Shown here in pieces: positions 63,050 to 64,000 of a DNA stretch of 64,000 bases (position 1 is the first letter of the stretch; the number at the start of each line of letters is the position of its first letter). The notes below the pieces were generated by a model. It made no database searches. It had not been told where the DNA came from and saw only the letters and a list, made by a program, of their open reading frames with translations. The stretch comes from a virus: IMG/VR virus record IMGVR_UViG_3300045988_131126. One strand, given 5' to 3'. The position numbers were made by a program, and so were the translations under genes.

Positions 63050-63081
63050 ACTCCTAACCTCTAATTAAGGAGGTTAGGAGT
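63050..63081 (+). promoter_or_regulatory. 12-bp stem hairpin between ORFs 62106..63044 and 63085..63810, overlapping the downstream SD
   Basis: ACTCCTAACCTC (63050-63061) pairs with GAGGTTAGGAGT (63070-63081), loop TAATTAAG. AAGGAGGT is partly in the 3' arm. No T-run follows. Confidence 0.5.
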
Positions 63082-63084
63082 TCT

Positions 63085-63810
63085 ATGGACGAAAATAAAG
63101 TAAATGAAATACCTGATATATATTTTGAATTTGACGAAACGCAAAACCCTATAGTATCTTCTCCTAATAGTGAATTTTCTATACAGTTTGAACAAACCAA
63201 AGAATCTTTGCTAGAGATAGATACTTATAAGAATTTTATATCAAATGCTGTTGCTCAGTTTAGGCATTCTAGATTCTATAAGCAATATAAATCATATTTA
63301 ATAGATCTAGGTCTAAATAGATGTCAATACTTTCCTAATATTACAGTAGATTTATTAGGAGCTAATGGTATAGAAATGCATCATAATTTTTTAACTATTT
63401 ATGATATAGCGCTTATGATATGTGAGCATGTATTAAATACAGAAGGCCATATTACTACATTTAAATTAATTCATCTATTGAAAGAAGAGCATTCTGAAAA
63501 TAGAATACCCATAGTAATGCTTTCTAAAACAGTACATCAAATGTATCATAATAATGAAGAATTTGTTATACCTGCAAGTCAATGCTTTGGATTCTGGATG
63601 GAGTTATTATATAAGTATAGAAATGGTATTACTATCAATATAGCAAATAAAGTAATAAATTTCTTACAAGCTAGTCTAGAAGAAATAAAAGGTATAAATA
63701 GTTCTTCTAATTATGCTAATACTCTGTTACAATTAAGAGATCATGTATACAATTGGTCTATATATAATGAATATCTAGATAGAGCTAAAATAGGACAAAT
63801 AGTATATTAA
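63085..63810 (+). CDS. hypothetical protein (241 aa)
   Basis: AAGGAGGTTAGGAGTTCT SD region (partly inside hairpin 63050..63081). Followed by terminator 63815..63843. Confidence 0.78.
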   Translation: MDENKVNEIPDIYFEFDETQNPIVSSPNSEFSIQFEQTKESLLEIDTYKNFISNAVAQFRHSRFYKQYKSYLIDLGLNRCQYFPNITVDLLGANGIEMHHNFLTIYDIALMICEHVLNTEGHITTFKLIHLLKEEHSENRIPIVMLSKTVHQMYHNNEEFVIPASQCFGFWMELLYKYRNGITINIANKVINFLQASLEEIKGINSSSNYANTLLQLRDHVYNWSIYNEYLDRAKIGQIVY

Positions 63811-63814
63811 AAAT

Positions 63815-63843
63815 ATCCCATATACCAATTCGGTATATGGGAT
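63815..63843. terminator. bidirectional terminator between convergent genes
   Basis: ATCCCATATACC-AATTC-GGTATATGGGAT. It shares its 19-nt apical part with hairpin 4531..4561. Confidence 0.72.
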
Positions 63844-63848
63844 AAAAT

Positions 63849-64000
63849 TTATGCGGCTTCAGAAGAAGATCCTGCTGCAATAGCTGACAAATATCCAGCT
63901 AAAGTGACTTTATACTTAATCACGAATTGAGCTGATGTGTTTATTATTTCGTTGCTTCTAGTAACATGCTTTCTGAAAAATTGCATATCGCTACCGAAAG
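63849..64000 (-). CDS. hypothetical protein, C-terminal part (gene runs off the window end)
   Basis: TAA at 63851-63849. I translated 50 codons upstream without a stop (...QFVIKYKVTLAGYLSAIAAGSSSEAA*). It converges on terminator 63815..63843. Confidence 0.5.
   Translation of the reverse strand, partial: FGSDMQFFRKHVTRSNEIINTSAQFVIKYKVTLAGYLSAIAAGSSSEAA

Noticed and set aside
1-64000. Prophage or mobile-element boundaries, integrase, att sites, IS elements, tRNA or rRNA genes.
   Set aside because: - No integrase or recombinase catalytic motifs were recognised, apart from the degenerate IS110-like segment, which has no flanking inverted repeats.
- No tRNA-like sequences were seen in the few intergenic regions long enough to hold one.
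- Composition is uniform apart from the two anomalies reported.

Overview
The window reads as part of a large, very AT-rich, lytic-type dsDNA phage genome with a jumbo-phage-like gene set. No integrase, tRNA, rRNA, CRISPR array or cas gene was seen.

Gene organisation:
- About 82 genes are packed almost end to end. Nearly all are on the minus strand, with strong GGAGG-type Shine-Dalgarno (SD) sites, frequent ATGA or 4-8 nt start/stop overlaps, and a perfect-stem hairpin terminator every 1-4 genes.
- The plus-strand islands are 26057..26884, 36030..41224 and 61188..63810.

Recognisable functions:
- Nucleotide metabolism: dCTP deaminase, trimeric dUTPase, dihydrofolate reductase (DHFR), a DHH/DHHA1 phosphoesterase and a P-loop kinase-like protein.
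- Replication and recombination: type IIA topoisomerase A and B subunits, a DnaB-family helicase, an SF1 Dda/RecD-like helicase, an SbcD/Mre11 nuclease, a PD-(D/E)XK nuclease and an AAA+ ATPase.
- Transcription: two fragments of a phage multisubunit RNA polymerase beta-prime subunit. They are encoded in permuted order, with an HNH-like ORF between them.
- The rest are hypothetical proteins, many belonging to small local paralog families.

Two non-coding anomalies stand out:
- A 1.75 kb array (10406..12152) of about 49 same-orientation bipartite units with a period of about 35.5 bp. On one side is a helix-hairpin-helix (HhH) protein with an IS110/Transposase_20-like segment. On the other are an SD-sequestering hairpin, a 390-aa ORF, five very basic small proteins and an AAA+ ATPase. 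This is my best candidate for an undescribed system.
- A roughly 390 bp ORF-free island (21221..21606) with about 50% G+C, bracketed by hairpins and containing nested and long-range complementarity. It is a candidate structured ncRNA.

Function calls come from motifs I recognised by eye. No database search was possible.
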